From Candidatus Omnitrophota bacterium (GTDB lineage: Bacteria > Omnitrophota > Gorgyraeia > Duberdicusellales > 4484-171): a stretch of 64,000 nt of DNA. A program made the translations under genes and the position numbers. The DNA lies in NCBI GenBank assembly GCA_043820815.1, contig JBDRDJ010000031.1, forward strand, positions 36,015-100,014. The letters are read 5' to 3'. The notes below the pieces were generated by a model, which saw only the letters and a list, made by a program, of their open reading frames with translations, was not told the DNA's origin and ran no database searches. Numbering within the stretch: the first letter of the stretch is position 1; every line of letters begins with the position of its first letter. Of the stretch, positions 15,724-25,529 are shown one piece after another.

Positions 15724-17717
15724 TACATTGCCCTCGCTAAGTTTTCGTAGTACCTATCACTTTTTTCATACAAAGATAAATACCGGCTTAACAATTCAAA
15801 ATCTGGTTTTGTATTGCAGCCGCCGTTTAAAACAATCTGCGACAATACATCATAAAGTTGTTTATGGCCATTGACATATGTAACCTGACTATCACCTACA
15901 CCTGAAAGAGGACACATATCAACTGTGCTATAAAGATATGGCACAATTACCGGAACCTCATTGTAAAGAGCATCAAAAACACACGATGACTCCTTAACTA
16001 CTATTGCCATTGAGCTATCTATAAACTCTGATAAAGGCACATCGCTAATTTCAAATACATCTTTATTTAAATACAACCCTATTGCTTCAACATCGCTTTT
16101 AACTGGGCAACAAGGATGACCCTTTAAAATGACTTTTAAGCCTAAATTATTATCATTTAAAGCATCATGGAGCATGCTTATTATTTCGCGGTTTTCTGAA
16201 GGTATGATGGATAGGGTTACAAGAATTTGCTTTCTTTTCGCTTTATCCCTTAATGCGCTTCGATAATTTAGAAGGCGCTGCATGCGAAAACCGCCTAAGA
16301 CAAACAATTCGTCATTTCTCCATCCACTCTTTAAAAACATGTTTCTTGTAATATCTCCAACGCACCCTAAGGAACTTGGCTTAGGCATGCTATTTATAAA
16401 ATCGTAATTATTCATATCTTGAGGATGATTAAAGTAATTAAGCAAAAGAAGGGGAACAATCGTATGTTGGATGCCGATTGATTTTATATCTTTTCTTCTT
16501 CTTGCGGCAATATTTAAGGCTTTTTCCCAAACATGCATCTCAGAGAAATAAATAATGCTTGAGCCTTCGGGCATTTGCGATATAAGATTTGTAAATGTGC
16601 GGTAGAATAACAGGCCTTGCATAAGAACTTTGCCTGAGAACGAAGAGATAAAATCTCTTTTAAAAAGAGGCCATAAATTTAAATAGTCACCATCTCCTTG
16701 CGAAAAACTAAAAAGGCTTTTGTATTTAAAATAATTCATCAAACACTTAAAAGAAATAATAAAATATGTAAACGCCGCTTTAACAAAATCCTTAGAGTTT
16801 AAAAAAGATTCAAGAGTAAAGAAACGCTCTCCTATATCTTTAATTCTTTGGGCAGTTTTTAAAGCATTACGCCAAGAAGAAGAATATATCGCTGTATACA
16901 TGGCGACCCAGGCATGAGGAAGCTTATGTGAATTATTAATTGCCTCCTGCAGAACGCCATAAGCTTTATTTACGAATTTACCGCGCCTTAGGGATTCGCG
17001 GTCAATAAAAGGAAACATTGTTATTAAAATCATATTGGTATCGCTTAAACTTTTTAAATCCCTCTTTTTAAAATAAAAAGACGCCTGTAAAACATGGCTC
17101 ATTTTCTTAATAAAAAAATTAAAAGCCCTTAAATGTTCCTTTAAAAAAATACATGATACAGAAATAAAACTTACAAAATATCTCATTATGCTTCGTAAAG
17201 ATACTCCTTGGGAGCTTTTGTTTTCCATCAAAGATTCTTTTAATATGCCAGGAGAAGAAAACCATACATTGTCACATTTAAGGTCTTTTTTTAGCCTCGC
17301 AATTGTAAGGGCTCTGCAAAAATCACCGAATGTATCGGTTTTTCCGGGGCTCTTCTCGGAAATTAAAGAGAACCACCATAAAGAAAAATCGGAAAATGGG
17401 TGTTTAAAATAATTTTTAAGGTTTTTCTTGCCTACCACCTCGTCATTGCCTGCTTTGTGAATGAATTCGATAAACACATCCTTAGAATCAAAAGCGCACT
17501 CATTAAATAAAGTGAGAAAGTCTACAGTTTCACAACTTACCTTCAAGCTTTCAAGCCTCTCTTTTACCTCTTTACTCACCTTAGCCGCCATATAACTAAT
17601 CGGGCAGATATAAACAAAAGAAGGCTCAGCCTTGGCTATATTTTTTAAAATTTCGCTTGCCTCATCGCGGTTGGTTAAAATTAATAAAATCCTCATACTA
17701 TTCCTATACACGTTCAA
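15723..17717 (-). CDS. Orphan 664-aa protein. The C-terminal part is GT-B-like, with an HP...SS motif pattern suggestive of a CMP-sugar transferase.
   Basis: I recognise no family by eye in the N-terminal ~400 aa. The C-terminal part reads KVILKGHPCCP...(about 40 aa)...VVKESSCVFDALYNEVPVIVPY. The CDS itself is solid; the function call is weak. Confidence 0.4.
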   Translation of the reverse strand: MNVYRNSMRILLILTNRDEASEILKNIAKAEPSFVYICPISYMAAKVSKEVKERLESLKVSCETVDFLTLFNECAFDSKDVFIEFIHKAGNDEVVGKKNLKNYFKHPFSDFSLWWFSLISEKSPGKTDTFGDFCRALTIARLKKDLKCDNVWFSSPGILKESLMENKSSQGVSLRSIMRYFVSFISVSCIFLKEHLRAFNFFIKKMSHVLQASFYFKKRDLKSLSDTNMILITMFPFIDRESLRRGKFVNKAYGVLQEAINNSHKLPHAWVAMYTAIYSSSWRNALKTAQRIKDIGERFFTLESFLNSKDFVKAAFTYFIISFKCLMNYFKYKSLFSFSQGDGDYLNLWPLFKRDFISSFSGKVLMQGLLFYRTFTNLISQMPEGSSIIYFSEMHVWEKALNIAARRRKDIKSIGIQHTIVPLLLLNYFNHPQDMNNYDFINSMPKPSSLGCVGDITRNMFLKSGWRNDELFVLGGFRMQRLLNYRSALRDKAKRKQILVTLSIIPSENREIISMLHDALNDNNLGLKVILKGHPCCPVKSDVEAIGLYLNKDVFEISDVPLSEFIDSSMAIVVKESSCVFDALYNEVPVIVPYLYSTVDMCPLSGVGDSQVTYVNGHKQLYDVLSQIVLNGGCNTKPDFELLSRYLSLYEKSDRYYENLARAM

Positions 17718-18606
17718 ATTCTTCCTTGCTAATATTTCTTGCCCTTTCCTGATATAGAATATTTAGCATATCGAGTATGCCTTGGCCCAAATCAACATAA
17801 CTGGAATCAATAACCCTTTTAGCTAATTTGGGGCGGAAATTATACGGTGTTATCTCATAATGGCCATCGTATGGCTCATCGATAAACTCTAAATCAATTT
17901 TATTATTGAGCATCTCTTTTATCATAATAAGCAAATCTTTAATACGCATTGGCTGCTGCCCGGTTATCATAACATACTGATTTTTAAATTTATCATCGAG
18001 AATCTTAACGCTAAGACGCGCTGCGTCATAAACATGGATATACTCTCTTATTTCATTTCCATCGCCCCGCCGGGTTATTTTATTATTGTTAAGCGCTTCT
18101 TCTAAAATACGGGCGATCCAGTTAGATTTATCAGCCCTTACACCATAGAGAGATCCATAACGTAAAATTGAAAAGTCTAAACCGTATTGTTTGTGAAAAC
18201 ACTCAATTATGAGCTCACATGCCTGCTTGCTTACGCGGTAAAAAGAACCGGCATCGCTATAAACATACACGGTGCTTGCGAAAATATAGCGTTTCACTTT
18301 ATTTAATCTGCAAGCTTCAAGAATATTTGTGTTTCCAACAATATTGGTTGATATTGTTTCTTTTGGTTTATGATAAGCGACATCGATATCTGTTATACCT
18401 GCGAAGTTGTATGCCGCATCCGCCCCTTTTAAAGCAAAAGAGACGGCATCTTGATCTAATATATCCCCTATTATCATTTCCTGGTCCTTTCTCAAATAAC
18501 GAGATTTATTTATGTCAAAAATCGAGACTTCGTATTTTTCTTCAGATAGATAATCAGCCACATGGCTTCCTAAGAAACCACTTCCTCCAAAAACTACTAC
18601 CTTCAT
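17704..18606 (-). CDS. Extended SDR, NDP-sugar epimerase/dehydratase family
   Basis: 300 aa with MKVVVFGGSGFLGSHV and YRVSKQACE (YxxxK). Confidence 0.8.
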   Translation of the reverse strand: MKVVVFGGSGFLGSHVADYLSEEKYEVSIFDINKSRYLRKDQEMIIGDILDQDAVSFALKGADAAYNFAGITDIDVAYHKPKETISTNIVGNTNILEACRLNKVKRYIFASTVYVYSDAGSFYRVSKQACELIIECFHKQYGLDFSILRYGSLYGVRADKSNWIARILEEALNNNKITRRGDGNEIREYIHVYDAARLSVKILDDKFKNQYVMITGQQPMRIKDLLIMIKEMLNNKIDLEFIDEPYDGHYEITPYNFRPKLAKRVIDSSYVDLGQGILDMLNILYQERARNISKEEFERV

Positions 18607-18622
18607 AAAACTCTCCTTTATT

Positions 18623-18636
18623 AATAACCGGTTATT
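18623..18636. promoter_or_regulatory. Perfect 14-bp palindrome AATAACCGGTTATT in the intergenic leader
   Basis: Direct reading. It lies 17-30 nt upstream of the SDR start codon (18606), just upstream of its AAGGAG RBS. Confidence 0.35.
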
Positions 18637-18673
18637 TTATTTATAAACTTCACATAATATTTGAAAACAAAAA

Positions 18674-19510
18674 TTAGCTACTTTTTTTTGGTTCTAATTC
18701 AAAAAAGTTAAAATATGATCCATGATTATTTTTATACTTACCCAAAGAGCTAAGATAATTTATTGGAAAATTCTTTGTGCATTTAAAAGAGGTGTAACTT
18801 ACCATATTTATAAAATCACTTGTTGATAATTCAAATATGTGGTAATCACAATCACGGTCAACTTCGCCTACGCCCCATCCGCCTTCATGTTCAGGAAGAC
18901 ATATAAGGCTATCCCAATACCTTTTATTGTATACTTTGGTTGCTCTTTGATAAGGCACAGAAATAAATATCTTTTTCTTTGCTACCCTGATAAGCTCTTT
19001 CAACCCCGCAAGAGGTGACTCAAGATGTTCCAGACATTGGAAAGCTAAAACATAATCGTAGGAGTTATCATCAAAGGGTAAATTATAAATGTTTGCGCGA
19101 TAAACATTAATACCTTTATCTTTAATACGGGCAACCGAATGAGGATTTATATTTACAGAATCCCCTCTTCTTTCCATGGCTTTTAGAAGCAGGCCGGATG
19201 AGTCCCCGGCATTCAGAACACGTATTGAATTATCAAACATCTCAGGGTAATTATGTTTAAAGTACTCATATATCCTGAAATAGCGTATTTGGTTGATAAA
19301 AAGATCGGGATGAAATATATTATTGCGCATGCCTTTATCGCCATAATGCTCACTAACTTCACTTTCAGGAAAAAGCTTGCCTATCTGAGATTCATCGGCA
19401 ATCAACCGCTTTAACTTTTCATAGTATTTTGTTTTTGGATACGTTTGAAGTTTCCGCTTAAAACCTTTTAAAAAGTTTTTCGCGCTGAATATTTTATCTT
19501 TCTTATCCAT
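18674..19510 (-). CDS. Class I SAM-dependent methyltransferase
   Basis: 278 aa with VLNAGDSSGLL (motif I-like) and YDYVLAFQCLEHLESP (Methyltransf_11-like). Confidence 0.7.
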   Translation of the reverse strand: MDKKDKIFSAKNFLKGFKRKLQTYPKTKYYEKLKRLIADESQIGKLFPESEVSEHYGDKGMRNNIFHPDLFINQIRYFRIYEYFKHNYPEMFDNSIRVLNAGDSSGLLLKAMERRGDSVNINPHSVARIKDKGINVYRANIYNLPFDDNSYDYVLAFQCLEHLESPLAGLKELIRVAKKKIFISVPYQRATKVYNKRYWDSLICLPEHEGGWGVGEVDRDCDYHIFELSTSDFINMVSYTSFKCTKNFPINYLSSLGKYKNNHGSYFNFFELEPKKSS

Positions 19511-19540
19511 AATTTAACTCCCCGTATTACAAAAGAAGTT

Positions 19541-21034
19541 TTAATTGAAATATTTATCCTGATATTCCCGGCTTAATGATTTAAAAATATCGTTGCCTTC
19601 TTTACTAAACTTCTCAGCCGCCCGTATCTCATCGAATCTACTCTCAGGAAATCTGCAGTAAAGAGGAAATACTCTTTGTAAACCCTTTAGCTCCTCTTTT
19701 GAAAGTACTGTATTTTTCATTAGACACCCATCAAGCGACTGCTTTGTTTTTGCCGATTTATCTAAATGGCCCTCTTGGATACAGTAATCATATAACTCTG
19801 TTCCTTTGTATGGAGTAAACATAAAACAATTAATTGTGCGGGGATTAATTTTTCGGTTAATGAAAATTGTATCAAAGATGTCCTTCCGGGTTTCCTTAGG
19901 AAATCCAATAATATTATTTACCGTATAGGCAATTCCGTGGCGTTCAACGGCGCACAAGGCATTGACTATCCTCTCATTACTATGGTTTCTTAAGAGAACC
20001 TTTCTTCTTAAATCCTCATTTCCTGACTCGATACCAAACTGCATACTGGCACACCCCATGGCTTTAAGAAGGGAGAGTTTACCGCCTGTAACATTTTCTA
20101 CCCTGCTTTGGCACCAGAATGGCAGCCCGATGCGGCTGCGGTAGGTATCTGCGAACTTTACAAATTCTTTTTCAGGAAAAGAAAGAAAGCTTTCCGCGTT
20201 AAAATAAATATAATCGACCTTAAACTGGCTTGTATAACATTCTATTTCTTCAATAACTCTCTGGTAGTCTTTTCTCCTGTAATAATTGCTGTAACCCTCT
20301 TTTTGGTATAATTTGCGCAACGCCGGCGCCCCGCAATAGGTACATTGAAAAGGACAGCCCCTTTCAACTTCTACATGAAGCATAGTATAATTCTTTCCGT
20401 ACATAGGCCTTAAAAGGCGTTTCTTCTCCCAAATTGAGAAATCCAAGATTGGATTTTTGTTAATATCAACAAGAGGCCTCATTGAATTTTTATAAACTTG
20501 GACGTTATCTTTAACCCATATATTTTTTATGTTTTTTATATCGTCGTTGGATTTAAGCTTTGAACATAATTGGGCCATGGCACCCTCGCCCTCGCCAACG
20601 CAAATAATATCGATATCTTCATGCTTTAACATCTCATCCGGGTATAGTGTTACATGGACCCCTCCGGCTACAACGGGTATATTAAAATCTGAAATTCCTT
20701 TAAGAAGTTTTAGGCCCAAATCAACGGTATCTTCCACAAATGTTACCCCTATTAAATCAGGCTTATAAACATTTACAACTTGCCTTAAATCGTCCACAAT
20801 ATCATTCTCTTTGTAATGAATTCCTGCTTCGGATAAGTCAAAAGGTTTAATTTGAAGCAGTTCAACTCTTCGCTCTTCAAAACTTTTATCTTCTGTTTTG
20901 TAAAATGTGGTGTCGAACAAACGCGTATCGATACCTTTCTCCTTTAAAACTCCCGCCAGCTGAGTGAGGCCCAAAGGAATAAGGGTTGCCATCATTGTGT
21001 TAGGATAGATAAAGAGAACTTTAAATTTACTCAC
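19541..21034 (-). CDS. Cobalamin-binding-domain (class B) radical SAM enzyme
   Basis: 497 aa with MSKFKVLFIYPN..., ICVGEGEGA and ERGCPFQCTYC. It is a paralog of 1113-2519. Confidence 0.85.
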   Translation of the reverse strand: MSKFKVLFIYPNTMMATLIPLGLTQLAGVLKEKGIDTRLFDTTFYKTEDKSFEERRVELLQIKPFDLSEAGIHYKENDIVDDLRQVVNVYKPDLIGVTFVEDTVDLGLKLLKGISDFNIPVVAGGVHVTLYPDEMLKHEDIDIICVGEGEGAMAQLCSKLKSNDDIKNIKNIWVKDNVQVYKNSMRPLVDINKNPILDFSIWEKKRLLRPMYGKNYTMLHVEVERGCPFQCTYCGAPALRKLYQKEGYSNYYRRKDYQRVIEEIECYTSQFKVDYIYFNAESFLSFPEKEFVKFADTYRSRIGLPFWCQSRVENVTGGKLSLLKAMGCASMQFGIESGNEDLRRKVLLRNHSNERIVNALCAVERHGIAYTVNNIIGFPKETRKDIFDTIFINRKINPRTINCFMFTPYKGTELYDYCIQEGHLDKSAKTKQSLDGCLMKNTVLSKEELKGLQRVFPLYCRFPESRFDEIRAAEKFSKEGNDIFKSLSREYQDKYFN

Positions 21035-21736
21035 TTATACTTTCTTTGTAATTAAGTTTTCCCTGTAATAATCTTTAAATTTTTCAATTTTATCCCAAAC
21101 CTTTTTATCAACCATATCTTTTATAACTTCTCGCGGAAAATCCCACCATTTTACTTTTAGCAAGAAATCAATATCATCTTTCTCAAAGCGATAACGCACA
21201 AGGCGCTGTTTATTTCCAACAACAATTGAATAAGGCTCAACATCTTTAGTTATAACTGACCCTGCCCCGACAATCGCCCCATCGCCTATTGTTACACCCT
21301 TTAGAATAACCGCATTTGCCCCAATCCAAACATCATTGCCGATTGAAACGCGCAGTTCGTCTTTTTCATAACTGCCGAATCCTTTAACAAATTCCCCGCA
21401 GGCCTCTGATAAATAGAACGAATGGGTAGATACCCATCTGTTATGCTCCCAAAGACCAATAAATACACCCGGCCCTATGGAATTAAACTTTCCTATATCA
21501 GATGCATTGATAATCGAAAAACTGCTGACAATACTATAATCTCCTAAAGTGCTCGATTTAAACTCAGTATTTGGTTTCAACCTGCTGTAATTCCCAAGGG
21601 TGCTGTTTTTAACCTCGCAGTCACAACAAACTACAGCTGTACTTTCAAAAATATTATTGTATTTTTTATCTTTGAATTTATCTTTAAAATCTTCGAACTT
21701 CATTATGCCCTCGCTTTTTTTAACCGCCGACTGCAC
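21035..21736 (-). CDS. Hexapeptide-repeat acetyltransferase (XAT/CatB-like)
   Basis: 233 aa with VWIGANAVILKGVTIGDGAIVGAGSVITKDVEPYSIVVGN and a C-terminal WWDF segment typical of the XAT class. The start could instead be the internal Met at 21703. Confidence 0.8.
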   Translation of the reverse strand: MQSAVKKSEGIMKFEDFKDKFKDKKYNNIFESTAVVCCDCEVKNSTLGNYSRLKPNTEFKSSTLGDYSIVSSFSIINASDIGKFNSIGPGVFIGLWEHNRWVSTHSFYLSEACGEFVKGFGSYEKDELRVSIGNDVWIGANAVILKGVTIGDGAIVGAGSVITKDVEPYSIVVGNKQRLVRYRFEKDDIDFLLKVKWWDFPREVIKDMVDKKVWDKIEKFKDYYRENLITKKV

Positions 21737-22808
21737 ACACTTTCTTCCGCTCTTTTAAACAAGTAGCAAACTCTTCCATTGCTTGGGTCGGTCCAAGTGT
21801 TAAACGAACACAGTTTTTAATGGGCTCACCAAAAGAGCCTCTTACATATATATTTCTCTTCTTTAAATACTCGATTAATTCGCTTGTTTCTTGTTCGCTA
21901 TTAAGAAAAATGAGCATCCCGTTAGTAAAACTCCCGCCCGAATATTTAAACCCCATCTTTGAAAGCTCTTCTTTTATATATTTTCTGCCTTGATTTAAGC
22001 TGTCTACATAATCATTGGTTATTTCAGGGTGCTTTAATATATACTCACCAATAGCCATAGAAACAGCGTTTGACTCAACCAAAGAACGGGTTTTAGATAA
22101 ATATTCTATGTTTTCTTCATTGCTTACCATATACCCAAGCCTGATTCCGGCAAGGCCCAAAGCTTTTGAGAAAGTCTGGAAAACAACTAAATTATCGAAC
22201 TCTTCAATAAGAGGAACTGCGCTTCTTGCTCCAAAAAAAGCATACGCTTCATCAACAACAAATACGGCTCCGGATTCCAAACACTTTTTTGCCAAACGTT
22301 TTAATTCTTCAATATTAAATACACTCTCAATTGGCAAATTGGGGTTTGGTAAGAATACGACTTTCGTATTGCCATCGATTGAACTATAAAGCTCATTAAA
22401 ACTTAATGTTAAATCATCCCTAAATTTTACCTCGCATAAATTTGCCTGATAAATATCGCTGTAAACTTTATACATTGGGTATGTCGGAGAAATAGTAACA
22501 ACTTTATCGCCGGGTGAAACCAGAGTTTCAAATACAACCCTTATCCCCTCGGTTATGCCGTTGGTTACATAGAACTTATCCTTGGTAATATTAAAGCTTT
22601 CACTCAATGCAGAATAGAAACTTTCCGGGTCAGGATAGGCATTGAATGCGTGTTTTGGTATAGAATTTAAGATATCATCGATAATATCTTTAGAAAACGG
22701 GATTACCCTCTCATTTCTATCGAGGCAAATGCCATTATCAAAATCTCTTCCCATAGATGTTCTAAGGCGCATCAATTTAACCAAATGAGGCTTATAATTA
22801 TTTTTCAT
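21720..22808 (-). CDS. Class I/II PLP aminotransferase of the histidinol-phosphate aminotransferase (HisC) type
   Basis: 362 aa. The motif FSKALGLAGIRLGY contains the PLP lysine, and an NPNLP-type segment is present. Confidence 0.8.
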   Translation of the reverse strand: MKNNYKPHLVKLMRLRTSMGRDFDNGICLDRNERVIPFSKDIIDDILNSIPKHAFNAYPDPESFYSALSESFNITKDKFYVTNGITEGIRVVFETLVSPGDKVVTISPTYPMYKVYSDIYQANLCEVKFRDDLTLSFNELYSSIDGNTKVVFLPNPNLPIESVFNIEELKRLAKKCLESGAVFVVDEAYAFFGARSAVPLIEEFDNLVVFQTFSKALGLAGIRLGYMVSNEENIEYLSKTRSLVESNAVSMAIGEYILKHPEITNDYVDSLNQGRKYIKEELSKMGFKYSGGSFTNGMLIFLNSEQETSELIEYLKKRNIYVRGSFGEPIKNCVRLTLGPTQAMEEFATCLKERKKVCAVGG

Positions 22809-22834
22809 TTATCTACCATCTCCTTTTTATCCAT

Positions 22835-23836
22835 TTACTTATCAAACGGCCTTGCGAATTCTTCACTTAAAGGCTCAGCGCAGCATTCTTTATTGTTTAA
22901 GCAATTAAAACATGTGAGCCCATCTAAATCAGCGTTTATATGACGGTTTCTAAGCTCAAGATACTTAGCATTATGCCAGGCTTCTTTAACCGAAACTTTA
23001 TTTAAATCGGCAACTACTAAAAAATTTTGATAATCAACAACGCATGCGGAAAGATACCCTTGAGGAGTTACTGTGCACCTAAAAAAGATATCCGGACACC
23101 TGCCGGTATACTGATTATTTTTTAAACTGCCCAATAAATTACGGCTATCGATATGTTCGGTCATGTTGTTTTCCAATATATTTCCACCCTGATTGCTGCA
23201 GCCTCGATAATCCATTTCGTCTACATAGGGCTTAAGTATCTCGTAAAGAGTTGGCCACTGCCCCTGAGTGAGACTGGAAGGAACCATACTTACATAAATA
23301 CCGTAATCTAAGGCGCTTTCTTCTCTATAATTGTAAAACCATTTTACGTTTTCAATTACCTTATCAAAAGCATCAACGCCATGGACTTTTTTATAAGTTT
23401 CTCTGTTCCCGGCATTTATTGAAAACTTAATACTGTTTAGGCCGGCGTCTAAGACCGGCTTTGCGCGATTGCGATTGGCAATAATGCCATTGGAAGATAT
23501 AAATATATACTCATAACCTATTAAACGCGCCTTTTCAACAAAATCTGCGAGATCATCACGCAGGAAAGGCTCTCCCGTTGCATAAAATGCGACTTCTCTG
23601 GTTCCGTTATCATAGAAATCTTTAAGAAGTTTAAAGCCTAATTCCTTATCAAGATAATCTCTTTGTGTAACCTTATGGTTACTGCAAAAAAAACATTTGC
23701 TGTTACAGGCATTATTTAAGTCAAAAAATACTTCTCTGGGAAACGGCGGATAAGGATTATTTAAATCGACAGCCATTCTTCTCGATTTCTTAACCGCTAA
23801 GCTTTCTTTCTTTGAAGTATGTGCTTTATTTACCAA
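22835..23836 (-). CDS. Radical SAM enzyme with a SPASM/twitch-like C-terminal Cys-rich domain
   Basis: 333 aa with NNACNSKCFFC (CxxxCxxC). C-terminal cysteines: CPDIFFRC, ACVVD and CFNCLNNKECC. Confidence 0.8.
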   Translation of the reverse strand: MVNKAHTSKKESLAVKKSRRMAVDLNNPYPPFPREVFFDLNNACNSKCFFCSNHKVTQRDYLDKELGFKLLKDFYDNGTREVAFYATGEPFLRDDLADFVEKARLIGYEYIFISSNGIIANRNRAKPVLDAGLNSIKFSINAGNRETYKKVHGVDAFDKVIENVKWFYNYREESALDYGIYVSMVPSSLTQGQWPTLYEILKPYVDEMDYRGCSNQGGNILENNMTEHIDSRNLLGSLKNNQYTGRCPDIFFRCTVTPQGYLSACVVDYQNFLVVADLNKVSVKEAWHNAKYLELRNRHINADLDGLTCFNCLNNKECCAEPLSEEFARPFDK

Positions 23837-24755
23837 AATTAAATCCTTTCAGCAGATTATCAACCGCCATAAACTCCATCGCAACCCTTGCTTCTTTTGC
23901 ATATGAACCAATGTGGCTTGATAAAATAACGTTATCAAGATCCTTTAAATGGCCCTTATATGGCTCATTTTCGAATACATCTAAAGCGGCACCCCCGATT
24001 TTGTTTTCGGATAGATAATCATAAAGAGCTTTCTCATCCACAATGCCGCCGCGTGAAGTATTGATCAAAAGCGCGCAAGGCTTAATTAACTCTAAATTGT
24101 CCCTGTTTATTAAATTTTTGGTATTTTCATTTATTGGCAAATGGATTGATATAATATCGCTATTCTTTAACAAACTGTTTAAATCAACATACTGTATTGA
24201 AAACTTATCGGCAAAATTATTATCATGGTTTATGTCGTATGCTAGATACTTCAAATAAAAACTGCCGGTTAGCTCAACTACTTTTTTTGCAATATTTCCC
24301 AAACCAACAAATCCGATAGTTTTGCCTTTAAGAAGATTGCCCATCGGCTTATTCCAGATGCCGCATCTTATATTGCGGTCAACCAAGGGTATCTTTCTAA
24401 GAAGTGAAAAAATATGGGCTAAAGTCAGTTCGGCAACCGCATCAACAACAGGATCAAGAGTTTTATAAACCTGTATCCCTTTTGCTTTTACCGCAACCAT
24501 GTCTATGTTGTCAACACCAATACCGCAACGGGATATAACTTTTAGCGACTTTGCCCTATTAATAACATCTTTTGTAATGGGTTCTGTGCCGGCAATAACG
24601 CCGGCAATATCAGGGCCATAATAATCAATGGTCTCTTTAGCTGTCATTTTTCTGCCAAATGGATTCTGAACAATTTCAAGCCCTTTTTCTTTTAAAGGGT
24701 CCAAAACTGAACTTTCAAATTTTCCAAACGTGCTTGTTGTAATTAAAACTTTCAT
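23826..24755 (-). CDS. D-isomer-specific 2-hydroxyacid dehydrogenase (PGDH/GyaR-like)
   Basis: 309 aa with GKTIGFVGLGNIAKKV (NAD site), SRGGIVDE and SSHIGS (catalytic His region). Confidence 0.85.
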   Translation of the reverse strand: MKVLITTSTFGKFESSVLDPLKEKGLEIVQNPFGRKMTAKETIDYYGPDIAGVIAGTEPITKDVINRAKSLKVISRCGIGVDNIDMVAVKAKGIQVYKTLDPVVDAVAELTLAHIFSLLRKIPLVDRNIRCGIWNKPMGNLLKGKTIGFVGLGNIAKKVVELTGSFYLKYLAYDINHDNNFADKFSIQYVDLNSLLKNSDIISIHLPINENTKNLINRDNLELIKPCALLINTSRGGIVDEKALYDYLSENKIGGAALDVFENEPYKGHLKDLDNVILSSHIGSYAKEARVAMEFMAVDNLLKGFNFGK

Positions 24756-24756
24756 A

Positions 24757-25524
24757 TCATTTAACTCCCGGTTTATACTTTTTAAATAATCCGTCGTTTA
24801 AAAGAGCTTTTTCTACTCTTTTTCTATCATCTTCATTATCTACCGCCATGGTTTTTATTTCTGTTTCAACGAGCTTAATTTTATAGCCGTACTCTAACAC
24901 TCTTACCATATCAACACTCTCAACACATTCAGTAGGGCTTGGTTTCAACTCAACGAATTTAAGCAGGAAATCTCTTCTAAAAGGGAGTATACAAACCTGT
25001 CTATATCTGTCAAAGCTTCCGGGATGCTTTTTAGCTGAAGGTATAGGCTCCCGGGAAAAATAAAGAGCATAATTTGATAAGTCTTTTACTACTTTTATAA
25101 AATTAGGGCTGTTAAAATCTCTATCATTATCTATCTTAGAAATAACATTGGTACAAACAAGGCTCTTGTCTTTAAAAAAGGGCTTAACGCCATCTTCAAT
25201 CATCTGAGGATAAATTAACGGCTCATCGCCCTGTATATTTACAACTACATCTGCATCGCTTTTAATATTTATACACGCCTCAGCAACTCTGTCTGAACAA
25301 GTCTTATGGGTATCCTTTGTCATGACGGCTAAACCGCCAAAACGCTCAACTTCATCTTTTATTTCGCGATCACATGTTGCAACATACAATTCATCCAAGA
25401 TCTTGCACATAGCCGAACGCCTGTAAACATGCTCAACCATCGTCATACCGCACATTTTACATAGCGGTTTACCGGGAAATCTTGTTGATGCCATGCGTGC
25501 CGGTATTATCCCAATAACTTTCAT
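24757..25524 (-). CDS. kdsB: KdsB-family 3-deoxy-2-ulosonic acid cytidylyltransferase
   Basis: 255 aa with IIPARMASTRFPGKPL and NIQGDEPL, the KdsB signatures. No kdsA is present in the window. Confidence 0.75.
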   Translation of the reverse strand: MKVIGIIPARMASTRFPGKPLCKMCGMTMVEHVYRRSAMCKILDELYVATCDREIKDEVERFGGLAVMTKDTHKTCSDRVAEACINIKSDADVVVNIQGDEPLIYPQMIEDGVKPFFKDKSLVCTNVISKIDNDRDFNSPNFIKVVKDLSNYALYFSREPIPSAKKHPGSFDRYRQVCILPFRRDFLLKFVELKPSPTECVESVDMVRVLEYGYKIKLVETEIKTMAVDNEDDRKRVEKALLNDGLFKKYKPGVK

Positions 25525-25529
25525 ATTTT

